Below are positions 54,921-64,000 of a stretch of DNA of 64,000 nucleotides, one piece after another. Under the pieces are notes generated by a model. It saw nothing but the letters and a program-made list of their open reading frames with translations. It did no database searches and was not told where the DNA came from. The translations under genes were made by a program, and so were the position numbers. The DNA is taken from contig JBBTUE010000001.1 in NCBI GenBank assembly GCA_038063915.1, forward strand, positions 107,905 through 171,904, in the 5' to 3' direction. Origin of the DNA: Patescibacteria group bacterium (GTDB lineage: Bacteria; Patescibacteriota; Minisyncoccia; Phycocordibacterales; UBA9973). Within the stretch, counting starts at the first letter, position 1; the number at the start of each line of letters is the position of its first letter.

Positions 54921-55990
54921 TATTCCCCCGCACTAGTAACTTGAATTTCATCAAAGCGCCCACGCACTTCTTTTAGAATTTCATCAGAGAGCTTTTTGTT
55001 ATCACGGAGATATGTCCTTGCCGCATCATATCCTCGGCCGAGCTTTATTTCTTCCACTGCTCCCTTCTCTTGAGCCTTCTTGCTACCCAGATACGAGAAT
55101 ATTGCACCACTTGTTTTTGATATAATTCCGAGCTTCTCACCGAGTGCCATGATTTCACCTTCGCGCGAAATACCTTCTCCGTAGAGAATATCAAATTCTG
55201 TTTGTTTAAATGGCGCTGCGACTTTGTTCTTCACGACTTTCACACGAGTGCGTGAACCCACCACTTCCTCACCCTTTTTAATCTGAGCGATACGGCGGAT
55301 ATCTAAACGGATAGATGTATAGAATTTCAGCGCCTTTCCCCCTGGAGTCGTCTCTGGATTGCCGAACATAATACCGATTTGCATACGAATCTGATTTATG
55401 AATATGACTACAGTCTTTGATCGAGCGACTATGGCAGTTAGTTTGCGGAGTGCTTGTGACATCAGGCGAGCTTGCTTGCCCACATGTGATTGACCCATGT
55501 CTCCCTCTATCTCATCGCGGGGAGTAAGTGCGGCCACTGAATCTATGACTATCACATCAATTTTTCCAGAGCGAATAAGACTCTCAGTAATTTCGAGTGC
55601 CTGCTCACCATTATCTGGCTGGGATATTAGGAGGTCTTTGATATTTACCCCGAGCTTCTTTGTATACTCTGGGTCCATAGCATGCTCGGCATCTATATAT
55701 GCGCATACTCCACCTTTCTTCTGAGCTTCAGCTACGATATGTAGAGCAAGCGTAGTCTTACCAGATGATTCTGGTCCAAATATTTCTATCATACGTCCAC
55801 GTGGCACACCACCAATACCGAGCGCCATATCAAGGCCGATAGATCCAGTAGGGATGACATCTATGTCGACTTTCGGAGAGTCGCCCAATTTCATTATCGA
55901 GCCTTCGCCGAACTTAGTCTGAATTGATTTGATTGTATCTTCTATAGCTCCACCTATTTCCTTTGGTTCTTTTTTTGCTTTTTTTTGCAT
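54920..55990 (-). CDS. recA: recombinase RecA
   Basis: Walker [11 protein letters not shown]1/L2 loops, full-length conservation. Confidence 0.95.
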   Translation of the reverse strand: MQKKAKKEPKEIGGAIEDTIKSIQTKFGEGSIMKLGDSPKVDIDVIPTGSIGLDMALGIGGVPRGRMIEIFGPESSGKTTLALHIVAEAQKKGGVCAYIDAEHAMDPEYTKKLGVNIKDLLISQPDNGEQALEITESLIRSGKIDVIVIDSVAALTPRDEIEGDMGQSHVGKQARLMSQALRKLTAIVARSKTVVIFINQIRMQIGIMFGNPETTPGGKALKFYTSIRLDIRRIAQIKKGEEVVGSRTRVKVVKNKVAAPFKQTEFDILYGEGISREGEIMALGEKLGIISKTSGAIFSYLGSKKAQEKGAVEEIKLGRGYDAARTYLRDNKKLSDEILKEVRGRFDEIQVTSAGE

Positions 55991-56044
55991 ATCCTATAAT
56001 TATAAGTGAACGCTCGTTCACAGTCAAGAAATACCTGTTGATAA

Positions 56045-56443
56045 CTAATTAGTATTGATAATTTTACCCCCAACTGCGACTGCCCCAGTAGATTCTTCAT
56101 ATATTACTTCGAGGGTTTTCTCTCTCGTATTTCCAAATTTATCCTTTGCATCCAAAGTCAGCACAGAGAGTCCAGGAAGAAGAGCTACGTGTTCGCTATA
56201 TGTTCCATCCTTATCGATAAATATTTCTCTACCATTTAAAGACAGGTAAATAGCATTTTTGGCGTTACCAGTAACTTTTACAAGTGGGGAATTACTATTT
56301 TTATTGATGCTAGCACTAATCTGTACCCCCTTGATGAGGAATCCCATTTTCATATAAGCAAAAGTTCCAATAAAAACAAACAGGACACCACAAGATATCA
56401 CCCTAACCCACCATTTTATATTTTTATTCTTATTGAATCGCAT
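56045..56443 (-). CDS. hypothetical membrane-anchored protein
   Basis: 132 aa with single N-terminal TM; immediately downstream of ftsK on - strand. Confidence 0.35.
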   Translation of the reverse strand: MRFNKNKNIKWWVRVISCGVLFVFIGTFAYMKMGFLIKGVQISASINKNSNSPLVKVTGNAKNAIYLSLNGREIFIDKDGTYSEHVALLPGLSVLTLDAKDKFGNTREKTLEVIYEESTGAVAVGGKIINTN

Positions 56444-56444
56444 T

Positions 56445-58667
56445 TTATAAATTATTTAAATCTTTTGAATTATCCATACCTCCTGACATCCCAGTTGGTC
56501 GAGCTTCCAATACATCACGAGGCTTTGCCCCATTACCCGCACCGATAACTCCTCGCTCCTCTAGCATGTCTATGAGCTTAGCCGCTCTTGCATATCCGAC
56601 TCCGAGTTTTCTTTGCAAGTAAGATGTTGAAGCCTTACCAGCTTCAATGACAGTGAGCCTTGCATCCTCATAAAGATCGTCATCCTCACTACCTTCCAAA
56701 CTATCAGAGAATAATCCACCACCATTCTTTTCAATTGAGCCCGAGAGTTCGATAGTATCAGGCAGTTCATCTATATAAGCCTTCTTCAGATATTCTACCA
56801 CCTTTTTGACTTCGTCCTCAGAGATAAAGGCACTCTGGAGTCTCTCGGGCTGGGACATCTCGCCTGAGGCGTAGAGCATGTCTCCCGCGCCTAGGAGCTT
56901 CTCGGCTCCACCAGCGTCCAGTATTGTTCTTGAATCTATCTGTGAAGAAACTTGAAGGGCGATTCGAGTCGGAACATTTGCTTTAATGAGTCCAGTGATG
57001 ACATTTACAGAAGGTCGCTGAGTTGAGAGGATAAGATGTATACCGACAGCACGAGACATCTGGGCTAGACGCACGATTGCGCTCTCAAGTTCTCTTGGAT
57101 AAGCGTGCATAATATCTGCCAATTCATCAATAATAATGACTATATAAGGCATACGCTCTGCCTCCCCATCTTTTTTGGTCTTATTATAAACGTTCGCATG
57201 ATAAGACTCTATGTCACGAACCGATTCTGTTTCAAGTATATCATATCTACGGTCCATTTCTTTTGCCGCCCATTTTAGCGAGAGGATAGTTTTCTTTGGA
57301 TCAGTGATGACCGGAGTCAGTAAGTGGGGGATTTTATTATAAAGAGTAAGTTCTACGCGCTTCGGGTCCACCATTATGAGTCTCAAATCTTCCGGCCCGT
57401 TTCGATATAGAAGTGATGTTATGATCGAGTGTATTGTTACAGATTTACCAGAACCTGTCGTACCAGCTACGAGTACGTGGGGCATCTTTGCCAAGTTACC
57501 AAATATTGCTTTACCAGAGAGTCCTCTTCCGAGCGCGATAGTCAGAGGCTTTGGAGAATTTTGGAATTTATCATCCGAGAGGAGTGTTGCCAGTCCGACT
57601 GTCGATTTTACTTTATTTGGTATCTCTATTCCGACTAGGGATTTACCTGGGATAGGTGCTTCTATGCGTATTGGGTGGGCAGCGAGTGCTAGCGACAAAT
57701 CATTTTGAAGTCCAACTATACGCGATAGCTTTACTCCTTGGGCAGGTTTCAGTGCATAACGAGTGACAGTCGGACCGATAGTTACTTCATCCATCTCGAC
57801 TGATATTCCGAAATTTAAAAGTGTCCGCTGAATAATATTCATATTACCTTTCAAATCTCCGACATTTGGTTTACCCTTATCTTTCTCCAGAAGTACAAGT
57901 GGGGGAGGGACATAGGCCGTGTGGAATTTCTTCTTGGTTTTAAATATTTCCTCTTCCTCTTCGATCGGGTTCTCATCATAAGCTAGAGATTCTTCACTTT
58001 CATTCACATCCTCTGCAGATTCTGGTAGTGGTAGAGGTTCGTTCAGATCTAGATCGGAGTCTAGATTTTCCGAATTGAATTTTGGCATTTTTATATCTTG
58101 CCCAAAGAAACGAAGAATTCTCTTCCAGATTGTCATAAGATTTGGTCTCTCATCGAGCAGTATGATCAGAGATATTATTAAAAGTGTTCCGAGTAATAGT
58201 ATGCCAGCATAAATTCCAAAAAGTTTTACAAATGGCCACGCGACTATACTTCCTAAATATCCACCCAAAACTATACTCGTCGATGTACCGGCACCATTGC
58301 TTGCTATGTCCATGATTGCGAGCGTTGAGAGTAATACACAAATAGATGTAATGGCGTGAAGTTTTGCTACTTGAGGTTTGCCTCTTCGCATAAATGATAT
58401 TCCAAGTATGACGAGAAGTATTGGTATAAGATAATATCCAAATCCAAAGAATGCGCTAAATACGCTAAAGAAAAAATTACCTGCCACTCCGGCAAGTTTA
58501 AATGTGGATAACAATATAAAGAGTCCTAGCACGAGTAGGGCAATACCCCAGACACTATGTCTAGTCTCATCCTTTAGCTCAACTTTAGTTCGTTTATTTT
58601 TCTTCCCCTTACTCCTTCTGGCTATGGGTTCGTCTTCCTCTTCATCGTCAATATCTTTTTTTGCCAT
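56445..58667 (-). CDS. ftsK: DNA translocase FtsK
   Basis: N-terminal 4-5 TM, acidic linker, motor domain Walker A VAGTTGSGKSV, Walker B IVIIIDELADI, C-terminal gamma wHTH (KASTSYLQRKLGVGYARAAKLID). Confidence 0.9.
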   Translation of the reverse strand: MAKKDIDDEEEDEPIARRSKGKKNKRTKVELKDETRHSVWGIALLVLGLFILLSTFKLAGVAGNFFFSVFSAFFGFGYYLIPILLVILGISFMRRGKPQVAKLHAITSICVLLSTLAIMDIASNGAGTSTSIVLGGYLGSIVAWPFVKLFGIYAGILLLGTLLIISLIILLDERPNLMTIWKRILRFFGQDIKMPKFNSENLDSDLDLNEPLPLPESAEDVNESEESLAYDENPIEEEEEIFKTKKKFHTAYVPPPLVLLEKDKGKPNVGDLKGNMNIIQRTLLNFGISVEMDEVTIGPTVTRYALKPAQGVKLSRIVGLQNDLSLALAAHPIRIEAPIPGKSLVGIEIPNKVKSTVGLATLLSDDKFQNSPKPLTIALGRGLSGKAIFGNLAKMPHVLVAGTTGSGKSVTIHSIITSLLYRNGPEDLRLIMVDPKRVELTLYNKIPHLLTPVITDPKKTILSLKWAAKEMDRRYDILETESVRDIESYHANVYNKTKKDGEAERMPYIVIIIDELADIMHAYPRELESAIVRLAQMSRAVGIHLILSTQRPSVNVITGLIKANVPTRIALQVSSQIDSRTILDAGGAEKLLGAGDMLYASGEMSQPERLQSAFISEDEVKKVVEYLKKAYIDELPDTIELSGSIEKNGGGLFSDSLEGSEDDDLYEDARLTVIEAGKASTSYLQRKLGVGYARAAKLIDMLEERGVIGAGNGAKPRDVLEARPTGMSGGMDNSKDLNNL

Positions 58668-58769
58668 AATATTCCTACATTATATCATAAACATTTGCAT
58701 AACATTTATATGGGTGTATAATGGACAAATTCAAATATAAAACTAATCCGTCCCTGACGGAAAAGACAC

Positions 58770-59579
58770 ATGAATTATCAAAAAGACACATCAAAAAAGG
58801 ATCAAGATTCATATGGACAGACAAATGGTCCACAGGTTAATTCTTTGGTAAATAAGCCTCTTTATGGGTATGTCAATAAAAAGACAGAAAAGCTAGTTAC
58901 GGCACTCTATATGGTTACAGATTGTATGGATACCGACGAGGCTCTTAAAATTAAGATCCGCTTGTTAGGGGTAGAGCTCCTGTCCGATATGTATAAACTA
59001 CCCAATCTCTCGCCTGTGGATAAGCACAATCACATATCTCTGACCCTATCCCACATCAACGAGGTTTTATCGCTCATAGAGATATCCTGCACTATTGGTT
59101 TTATCTCGGAGATGAACACTCAAATATTAAAAAGTGAGCTCGGATTATTAATTACAAAACTCGAAGATAACAAATCAAAAGACAATCATTTTGCCTTCAC
59201 CCTAGATGACAAAATGTTTGATCTACCCGCTGGCGAGACGGATGTCCGTTTGCAGTCCAATAGCCTTATAAAGGACAAAAGGACAAGTTATAGCATGTCT
59301 TTTAATAAAGTGAATTCATCTTTGTCTTTAACAAAAGGAGTTAATGTAAATAAATATAATCCTATTAATAAACAAGAAAGAAAAGACAAAATATTAGCGC
59401 TTATAAAAGACAAGAAGGACCTACCTACCGGCGAGGCAGGTCTATCCATAAAAGACATTTCAACTGCTTTTACTGACTGTTCTGAAAAGACAATTCAACG
59501 CGAACTCAACCTACTTGTTTCCAAAGGTCAAATCAAGAAAACTGGCGCAAAGCGTTGGAGTCGCTATCAGGCTCTGTAA
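58770..59579 (+). CDS. hypothetical protein with C-terminal winged-helix DNA-binding-like domain
   Basis: C-terminal ILALIKDKKDL...ISTAFTDCSEKTIQRELNLLVSKGQIKKTGAKRWSRYQAL resembles wHTH; N-terminal ~190 aa unassigned. Confidence 0.35.
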   Translation: MNYQKDTSKKDQDSYGQTNGPQVNSLVNKPLYGYVNKKTEKLVTALYMVTDCMDTDEALKIKIRLLGVELLSDMYKLPNLSPVDKHNHISLTLSHINEVLSLIEISCTIGFISEMNTQILKSELGLLITKLEDNKSKDNHFAFTLDDKMFDLPAGETDVRLQSNSLIKDKRTSYSMSFNKVNSSLSLTKGVNVNKYNPINKQERKDKILALIKDKKDLPTGEAGLSIKDISTAFTDCSEKTIQRELNLLVSKGQIKKTGAKRWSRYQAL

Positions 59580-59592
59580 TTAAAGGCTACAT

Positions 59593-59671
59593 GAGATTTG
59601 AAAGAAAAAAGTCCTCGGATCTCCTGTCCGGCTCACGCCTGGCAGGCCAGACATTTTTTCTTTCAAATCTC
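59593..59671. other. long imperfect inverted repeat (AT-rich 21-bp arms GAGATTTGAAAGAAAAAAGTC / GACATTTTTTCTTTCAAATCTC) enclosing a GC-rich ~36 nt core; candidate terminator or structured RNA
   Basis: Arms are reverse complements except one indel; GC-rich core stands out in an AT-rich spacer. Confidence 0.4.
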
Positions 59672-59755
59672 ACTCCGCCCCTGAAGCCCCACTTATCCAC
59701 ATTTTAGGCCTTATTTGTTGCCTATTTATATACCTTTAGTATATAATGTTATTGC

Positions 59756-59792
59756 GTGCTAGTACTGGTGTATATACACCAAATGTGCTAGT
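59756..59792. promoter_or_regulatory. perfect 16-bp palindrome TGGTGTATATACACCA flanked by direct repeats GTGCTAGTA; candidate operator
   Basis: Read directly: GTGCTAGTAC-TGGTGTATATACACCA-AAT-GTGCTAGTAT; a TATAAT hexamer lies ~20 nt upstream (~59741-59746). Confidence 0.35.
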
Positions 59793-59997
59793 ATTGCATT
59801 ATCCCTTATGTGTTGATTTATCAATACATTTTCGGGAGCGATCATTGAAAATTTAATACTATTACAGTCTAATACCAAGAAAGTAATAGCCCTATATTAT
59901 GTTTTGCTTTTTATCTATGTATTTTCATTCGTAACTAGTAATTCATAAATTAGTAATTGGATTTCAATCGGTCGCATCCACTTTTAGTTTTTCTTTT

Positions 59998-60192
59998 GAT
60001 AGAGGAGAATATTAGAAGTGTGCATCGGCCCTGTCGACAAGGCAGATAGCTTGTCCACTTCGCAAGAGGTGAGCAAGTATTCACTTAGTTAGTTATTTTT
60101 CAAATAGTTATTCACGCTGATAGAGGCGAGGCTAATTATTCGAAAGCAAATTTATTCATGGCATGTTTGCTGATAGAGGCAAACGATAGAGG
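59998..60192 (+). repeat. four copies of the octamer GATAGAGG (two as GCTGATAGAGGC) within ~200 bp upstream of the 60300 surface-protein gene
   Basis: Copies at ~59998-60005, 60118-60125, 60172-60179, 60185-60192; candidate regulator-binding sites or 5' UTR repeats. Confidence 0.4.
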
Positions 60193-60299
60193 TCATTAAT
60201 AAATAAAAAGATATGCACCCAATATTGGTTTCACCCTTTGTATTTATTTACAGACGGGTGAGTCGAAACTGATCTAATCGTGCATATGATTTAAAAATT

Positions 60300-63200
60300 A
60301 TGTTAAAAATTAATTCAAAAATAATCGCTGGTTTGTTCGTAGCAGTTCTCTTGTTTGTCGGTGCAGTTTCTGCATCTGCAGCATGGATGCCTTCTACAGC
60401 AACTAAAATCATGAAAGGTTCGCCTAAAGCGGACGTTATGTGGTTACAGCAAACTTTGAATGCAACTGGTACAGTACCAGCGCTCGTTGAAGACGGCCTT
60501 TACGGCAAGAAGACAACAGCTGCAATCAAAGCTTTCCAAGTAGCACATCCTGCATCAGGAGCTGCTGATGGAATCGCTGGCAAGAAGACAATGGCTGCTC
60601 TTAATGCAGCAGGTGCAAACGGCGCTCCAGCAGGAAGCCTTTGTCCAAATGGAATGACATTAGCAAGCAACTGTACAGTTGCTCCTAATGGAAATCCAGG
60701 TCCTACTCAGACTGGTCCAGTGACAGCTATGCTCTCAATGGACAATCCTGCAGCAGGTACAATAATTGTAGGTCAAGCTGGTGCTGATTTAGCACACATC
60801 ACATTCTCAGGAAGTGGTACAGTTTCATCTATAACACTTACTCGTGGTGGTGTATCTAACTCAAGTACACTTTCAAATGTTTATCTATATGATGGCGCAA
60901 CTCGCGTTACAGACGGATACTCATTCAACAATACAGGTTCACTTACAATGAACAATGTTAACCTTATGGTGAATGGTTCAAAAACTATTTCTATAAAGGC
61001 TGATGTTGCTGTCGCTGATTACAGTGTTTCTGTTACTCTTACATCATTCACAACTGGTGGCGTAGCCACTGTTGTAAGTATAAAGGGTAATGAAATGTTC
61101 ATCGCTAGTGGCACAGGTCTTCTTGGAACAGCAAATCTAGCAACAGCAACACCATCACCTGTAGCAACATCAATCAATGCTGGCTCAATGAACCAGACTC
61201 TCTGGTCAAACAGTATCAACATTGGTTTACATGCTTCAAAGTTACACGGTATGACTGTTAAACAAATTGGTTCTGCTCCTGCAAATGCACTTGCAAACGT
61301 TGCATTGTATGTTGACGGAGTAAATACAGGAACAGCTATGATTAATGCAAACATGCAGTTTGTATTTGATCTAGCTACACCATTGTCACTAACTACTGGC
61401 GCTCATTTCTTTGAGGTCCGTGGTGATGTAATAGGTGGTGCATTCAGAAACTTCTACATATCACTTGAAAAAGCTGCTGATCTTTCAATCAAAGACGGTC
61501 AGGTTCAAGGTGGTGGTGTAGTTTCTATTGCTCCAACATACTTAGCAGGTACACTTAACAATGTAAATGGTGGTTTGGTTACTATCAACAACGGTACTCT
61601 TACTATCACTCAAGACCCAGCATTTAGTAACACAACTACTCTTGTAGGTGGTGCTACTACTACAAAGCTTGCGGCTTGGAAATTTACAGCGTACGGTGAA
61701 GATGTAAAGGTAAACAGTCTAGCATTTATGCCTACATTCACAGCACTTTCAGCTGGTACTACTCTTCAAAATGTAGGATTGTATGTAAATGGCGGTCAAG
61801 TTGGTTCAAACGCTACTGCTACAACAGCAGTATCTCTTCCATTCACTAACCTTGGTTCAAACCTTACAGTGTACGTAGGTACACCTGCTGTCGTTGAACT
61901 TCGTGGTGATGTAGTAAGTAACTCTCCTGCGGGAACAGCACTTACTTCAGGAACAACCAAGTTTGATCTATCAGTTGGCTCAAGCAATGCGCAAGGTCTA
62001 AGTTCAAGTCAATTGACTTCGACTGCTGCTGCTGGAGGCCAGACGCTTACAATTGGTAACAACGTAACATTCGGTGCAACAGCTGGATTCTCTACTTCAA
62101 CAAAGGCTCCAAACACAGCTGGTGTAAAGATTGGTTCATTCTCACTTTCTGCTGGTTCTGCTGAAGGTCTTACAGTAAGTAATGTTTCTGTAACACTTCC
62201 TGCGGGCGCTGGAAACACAATGCAACCTGCAAGTCAACTCACAAACCTAACGGTTAAAGTTGCTGGTAATGTTATTGGTACTCCAATTGGTAACCCAGTT
62301 ATCACGACTTCAAACAGTTACTCTTCCAACCTAGCGGTTGCTCAGGGTACAGCTGCAGTATTTGAGGTGTATGCGGACTTCGGTTCCGGTGCTGCTACTC
62401 TAACAGTAACTCCTTCAATGGCAGTTACATACCGTGGTGGTACTTCAAACCTTACAACTACATCTTCAACTGTTGCTGGTTCACAGACAACATCAAACGT
62501 TGCAACTATTGCAGCGGGTGGCGTTAAAGTAGACACAGGTTTGTCATTATCATCACGAAATATTGTTACAAGTAGTAATTTCCCAATCGCTACTTACAAC
62601 TTCAAAGTTAGTAACAGTGTAGCTGGCGCTGTGATCAAGGATGTTACATTTACATTCCCTGCAAACACAGTTACAACTATAACAATGAATGGTAAGACAC
62701 AAGGATCTATTAGCGGCACAACAGCAACTGTCTACAACGTAGGAGTTACTGTCCCTGCTACAACTGATGGTGTTAATGTACCTGTTACTGTTGGTCTCGT
62801 ATGTACTGGTACAGCAAATGGTTGTACAGCTAACTCTCCAGTTACTGTAAACCTTATTGCTTCTACTGTTACTTATAACGATGGTTCAGCAGTTCAGAGT
62901 ATTACTCCAACAGCTGGAGGCGCAGGATCAGGTTCTGGTGCTGCGACAGTAAGTCACTTCGTTTATGCCTCTGTTCCATCATTTGCTGTAGATTCTGTTC
63001 AAAAGACAGGTCTTATCATTGGTGCTGAAAACAAGGTAGGCGAAGTTACAATTTACGCTGATGCTGCAGGCCAGATAAAGGTAAATAACCTTGCCTTTAA
63101 CGTTGCAAGTACAGGTCTCAGTGCTATAACTACAACTGGTACAAGAATCGCAGATGGTAATACTACTGTCTCTGGTTCATCTGTATCTTCTGGTTGTAAC

Positions 63201-63464
63201 GTAGCTGCTGCTGCAAGTATCGGAGCTTGTGTCATGACATTTGGTACTTCACCAAGTGGATTCTCAATAGCGGCTGGTGGGTCAAAGACCTTCAGTCTCT
63301 ACATGACAATCGCTGCTACTGTAGCTGCAAACACTTTGATCTCAGTATCTTCAAGTGTAACTCCAGGAACAACTACATGGGATGATCCAATAGGTGGTGG
63401 TACTGCTCAGGCAGCAACCAACGTCTACAACTTCCCAACTGCTTCTTACTCAATCCGTCAGTAA
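60300..63464 (+). CDS. large secreted cell-surface protein with N-terminal peptidoglycan-binding (PG_binding_1-like) domain and ~900 aa Thr/Gly/Ala/Ser/Val-rich beta-type region (S-layer/adhesin candidate)
   Basis: Signal peptide MLKINSKIIAGLFVAVLLFVGAVSASA; PG-binding-like helices (VMWLQQTLNATG...LYGKKTTAAIKAFQV...GIAGKKTMAALNAAG); remainder almost devoid of charged residues; codon usage shifts to GGT/GCT/ACT. Confidence 0.6.
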   Translation: MLKINSKIIAGLFVAVLLFVGAVSASAAWMPSTATKIMKGSPKADVMWLQQTLNATGTVPALVEDGLYGKKTTAAIKAFQVAHPASGAADGIAGKKTMAALNAAGANGAPAGSLCPNGMTLASNCTVAPNGNPGPTQTGPVTAMLSMDNPAAGTIIVGQAGADLAHITFSGSGTVSSITLTRGGVSNSSTLSNVYLYDGATRVTDGYSFNNTGSLTMNNVNLMVNGSKTISIKADVAVADYSVSVTLTSFTTGGVATVVSIKGNEMFIASGTGLLGTANLATATPSPVATSINAGSMNQTLWSNSINIGLHASKLHGMTVKQIGSAPANALANVALYVDGVNTGTAMINANMQFVFDLATPLSLTTGAHFFEVRGDVIGGAFRNFYISLEKAADLSIKDGQVQGGGVVSIAPTYLAGTLNNVNGGLVTINNGTLTITQDPAFSNTTTLVGGATTTKLAAWKFTAYGEDVKVNSLAFMPTFTALSAGTTLQNVGLYVNGGQVGSNATATTAVSLPFTNLGSNLTVYVGTPAVVELRGDVVSNSPAGTALTSGTTKFDLSVGSSNAQGLSSSQLTSTAAAGGQTLTIGNNVTFGATAGFSTSTKAPNTAGVKIGSFSLSAGSAEGLTVSNVSVTLPAGAGNTMQPASQLTNLTVKVAGNVIGTPIGNPVITTSNSYSSNLAVAQGTAAVFEVYADFGSGAATLTVTPSMAVTYRGGTSNLTTTSSTVAGSQTTSNVATIAAGGVKVDTGLSLSSRNIVTSSNFPIATYNFKVSNSVAGAVIKDVTFTFPANTVTTITMNGKTQGSISGTTATVYNVGVTVPATTDGVNVPVTVGLVCTGTANGCTANSPVTVNLIASTVTYNDGSAVQSITPTAGGAGSGSGAATVSHFVYASVPSFAVDSVQKTGLIIGAENKVGEVTIYADAAGQIKVNNLAFNVASTGLSAITTTGTRIADGNTTVSGSSVSSGCNVAAAASIGACVMTFGTSPSGFSIAAGGSKTFSLYMTIAATVAANTLISVSSSVTPGTTTWDDPIGGGTAQAATNVYNFPTASYSIRQ

Positions 63465-63534
63465 TCATTTGATTACTTAGGTTAGTAAGTCTAGGTAGAG
63501 TTCTAGGTGGTTTGTCAGAACTTTAAACTGTCAC

Positions 63535-63561
63535 AAAAAATCCCCGAAAGGGGATTTTTTG
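63535..63561 (+). terminator. intrinsic terminator AAAAAATCCCC-GAAA-GGGGATTTTTT
   Basis: GC stem with GNRA loop and flanking A6/T6, ~70 nt after the 60300 gene stop. Confidence 0.7.
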
Positions 63562-63683
63562 TTGTCTGACTATAAACTTTGCAATAAAATACGCCCGAGG
63601 TCGTCATCATGGTAGTAGTAAATATCACATCTAATAGTGCTACAATATATAATTATAAGTTAATAGATGATGTATTAATTTTT

Positions 63684-64000
63684 ATGGAAAATAATGTTGC
63701 AAAGAAAAGCCCCCTTTTGATAATCCTAGTCGCTATTTTAGTCGTAGTTATCGGTATATGGATATACAACAGGCAAGCTGAAGTTGACGTCGATGTGAAC
63801 TCTCCTACAGTAGAAACACAAATCGATTCTACCGAAGATATCGGTTCTACACCTCCGACAGGCACAGTTTCGATAAGCTATACAAAAGCACTTCAAGTGT
63901 ACAAAGACAAGCGTATTCAGCTTGGTGTCGGCAGCGGTTGCCCTGCTCATCCCCGTGCTATGACTTTCAAGAATAATACGACCATCATGATAGACAATCG
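63684..64000 (+). CDS. hypothetical membrane-anchored protein, 5' part (continues past window end)
   Basis: ATG ~63684, MENNVAKKSPLLIILVAILVVVIGIWIY TM helix then soluble region; open to the end of the window. The - strand track ORFs at 63653-63950 are likely spurious. Confidence 0.35.
   Translation, partial: MENNVAKKSPLLIILVAILVVVIGIWIYNRQAEVDVDVNSPTVETQIDSTEDIGSTPPTGTVSISYTKALQVYKDKRIQLGVGSGCPAHPRAMTFKNNTTIMIDN

Noticed and set aside
59998-60192. GATAGAGG repeats as a CRISPR array
   Set aside because: Repeats are only 8-12 nt with irregular spacing (120, 54, 13 bp) and there are no cas genes; not CRISPR.
59580-60299. RNase P RNA / SRP RNA / tmRNA in the long spacer
   Set aside because: I looked for GGAAAGUCCGGGCUCC (RNase P P4), the SRP domain IV GGAAGCAGC motif and a tRNA-like tmRNA end; none present.
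1377-63235. Numerous 60-120 aa antisense or overlapping ORFs in the track (e.g. 1377..1589-, 5225..5491-, 8761..9006-, 17182..17658-, 43061..44193-, 61019..63235-)
   Set aside because: They lie inside or opposite well-supported conserved genes, have low-complexity translations and no motifs; treated as non-coding.
60300-63464. Tandem DNA repeat array inside the surface-protein gene
   Set aside because: Repetition is at the amino-acid composition/motif level (degenerate Ig-like modules); I could not find exact nucleotide tandem repeats.
1-64000. Alternative genetic code (UGA=Gly/Trp as in some CPR lineages)
   Set aside because: Conserved proteins (EF-G, RecA, FtsK, PGK) are full length with standard code and several genes end on TGA (e.g. 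6820-6822, 22386-22388), so the standard table 11 fits.
1-64000. Mobile elements / prophage / integrase / transposase
   Set aside because: No transposase, integrase, or phage structural signatures recognised. The only tRNA-adjacent region (tRNA-His, 3957-4032) is followed by ordinary membrane and metabolic genes, and I saw no direct repeats of the tRNA 3' end.

Overview
AT-rich (roughly one-third GC by eye), gene-dense window, almost entirely + strand with short intergenic spacers and standard-code stops (TGA used as stop, e.g. 6820-6822 and 22386-22388). Conserved translation/replication genes are full length. The content (str operon, secE-nusG-rplK, recA, ftsK, efp, type IV pilus/competence genes, ComEC, few biosynthetic genes) suggests a small-genome, Patescibacteria/CPR-like bacterium; that lineage call is inference only. 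Most unusual: (1) four paralogous ~560-595 aa cytoplasmic cysteine-rich proteins, three in tandem (11274-16543) and one at 23946-25691, each with an N- and a C-terminal copy of a CxxC...CPxCR zinc-ribbon-like module. I cannot assign them to any named family. (2) A candidate cobalamin riboswitch (~19705-19870) lies just downstream of a B12-dependent class II RNR (nrdJ) and a co-transcribed small membrane protein, and upstream of a small transcobalamin beta-domain-like secreted protein plus a 690 aa surface protein with a prenyltransferase-like alpha/alpha-toroid domain; this looks like a split transcobalamin-like B12-scavenging module. Also present: a triplicated GH130-like phosphorylase domain (one copy fused to a Lys-rich tail) after a PMI-type cupin; a VKOR homolog plus a DsbB/BdbC homolog with a thioredoxin-like partner; a complete type IV pilus module (PilB, PilC, three pseudopilins, one 578 aa PilX-like protein); ComEC split into two genes by an antisense Fe/Mn SOD; two tRNAs (Leu-GAG, His-GTG); and a 720 bp noncoding region with repeats and palindromes ahead of a 1054 aa PG-binding Thr/Gly/Ala-rich surface protein. 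CDS coordinates follow the supplied ORF track. My hand-counted coordinates for small RNA or regulatory features may be off by 1-2 nt.
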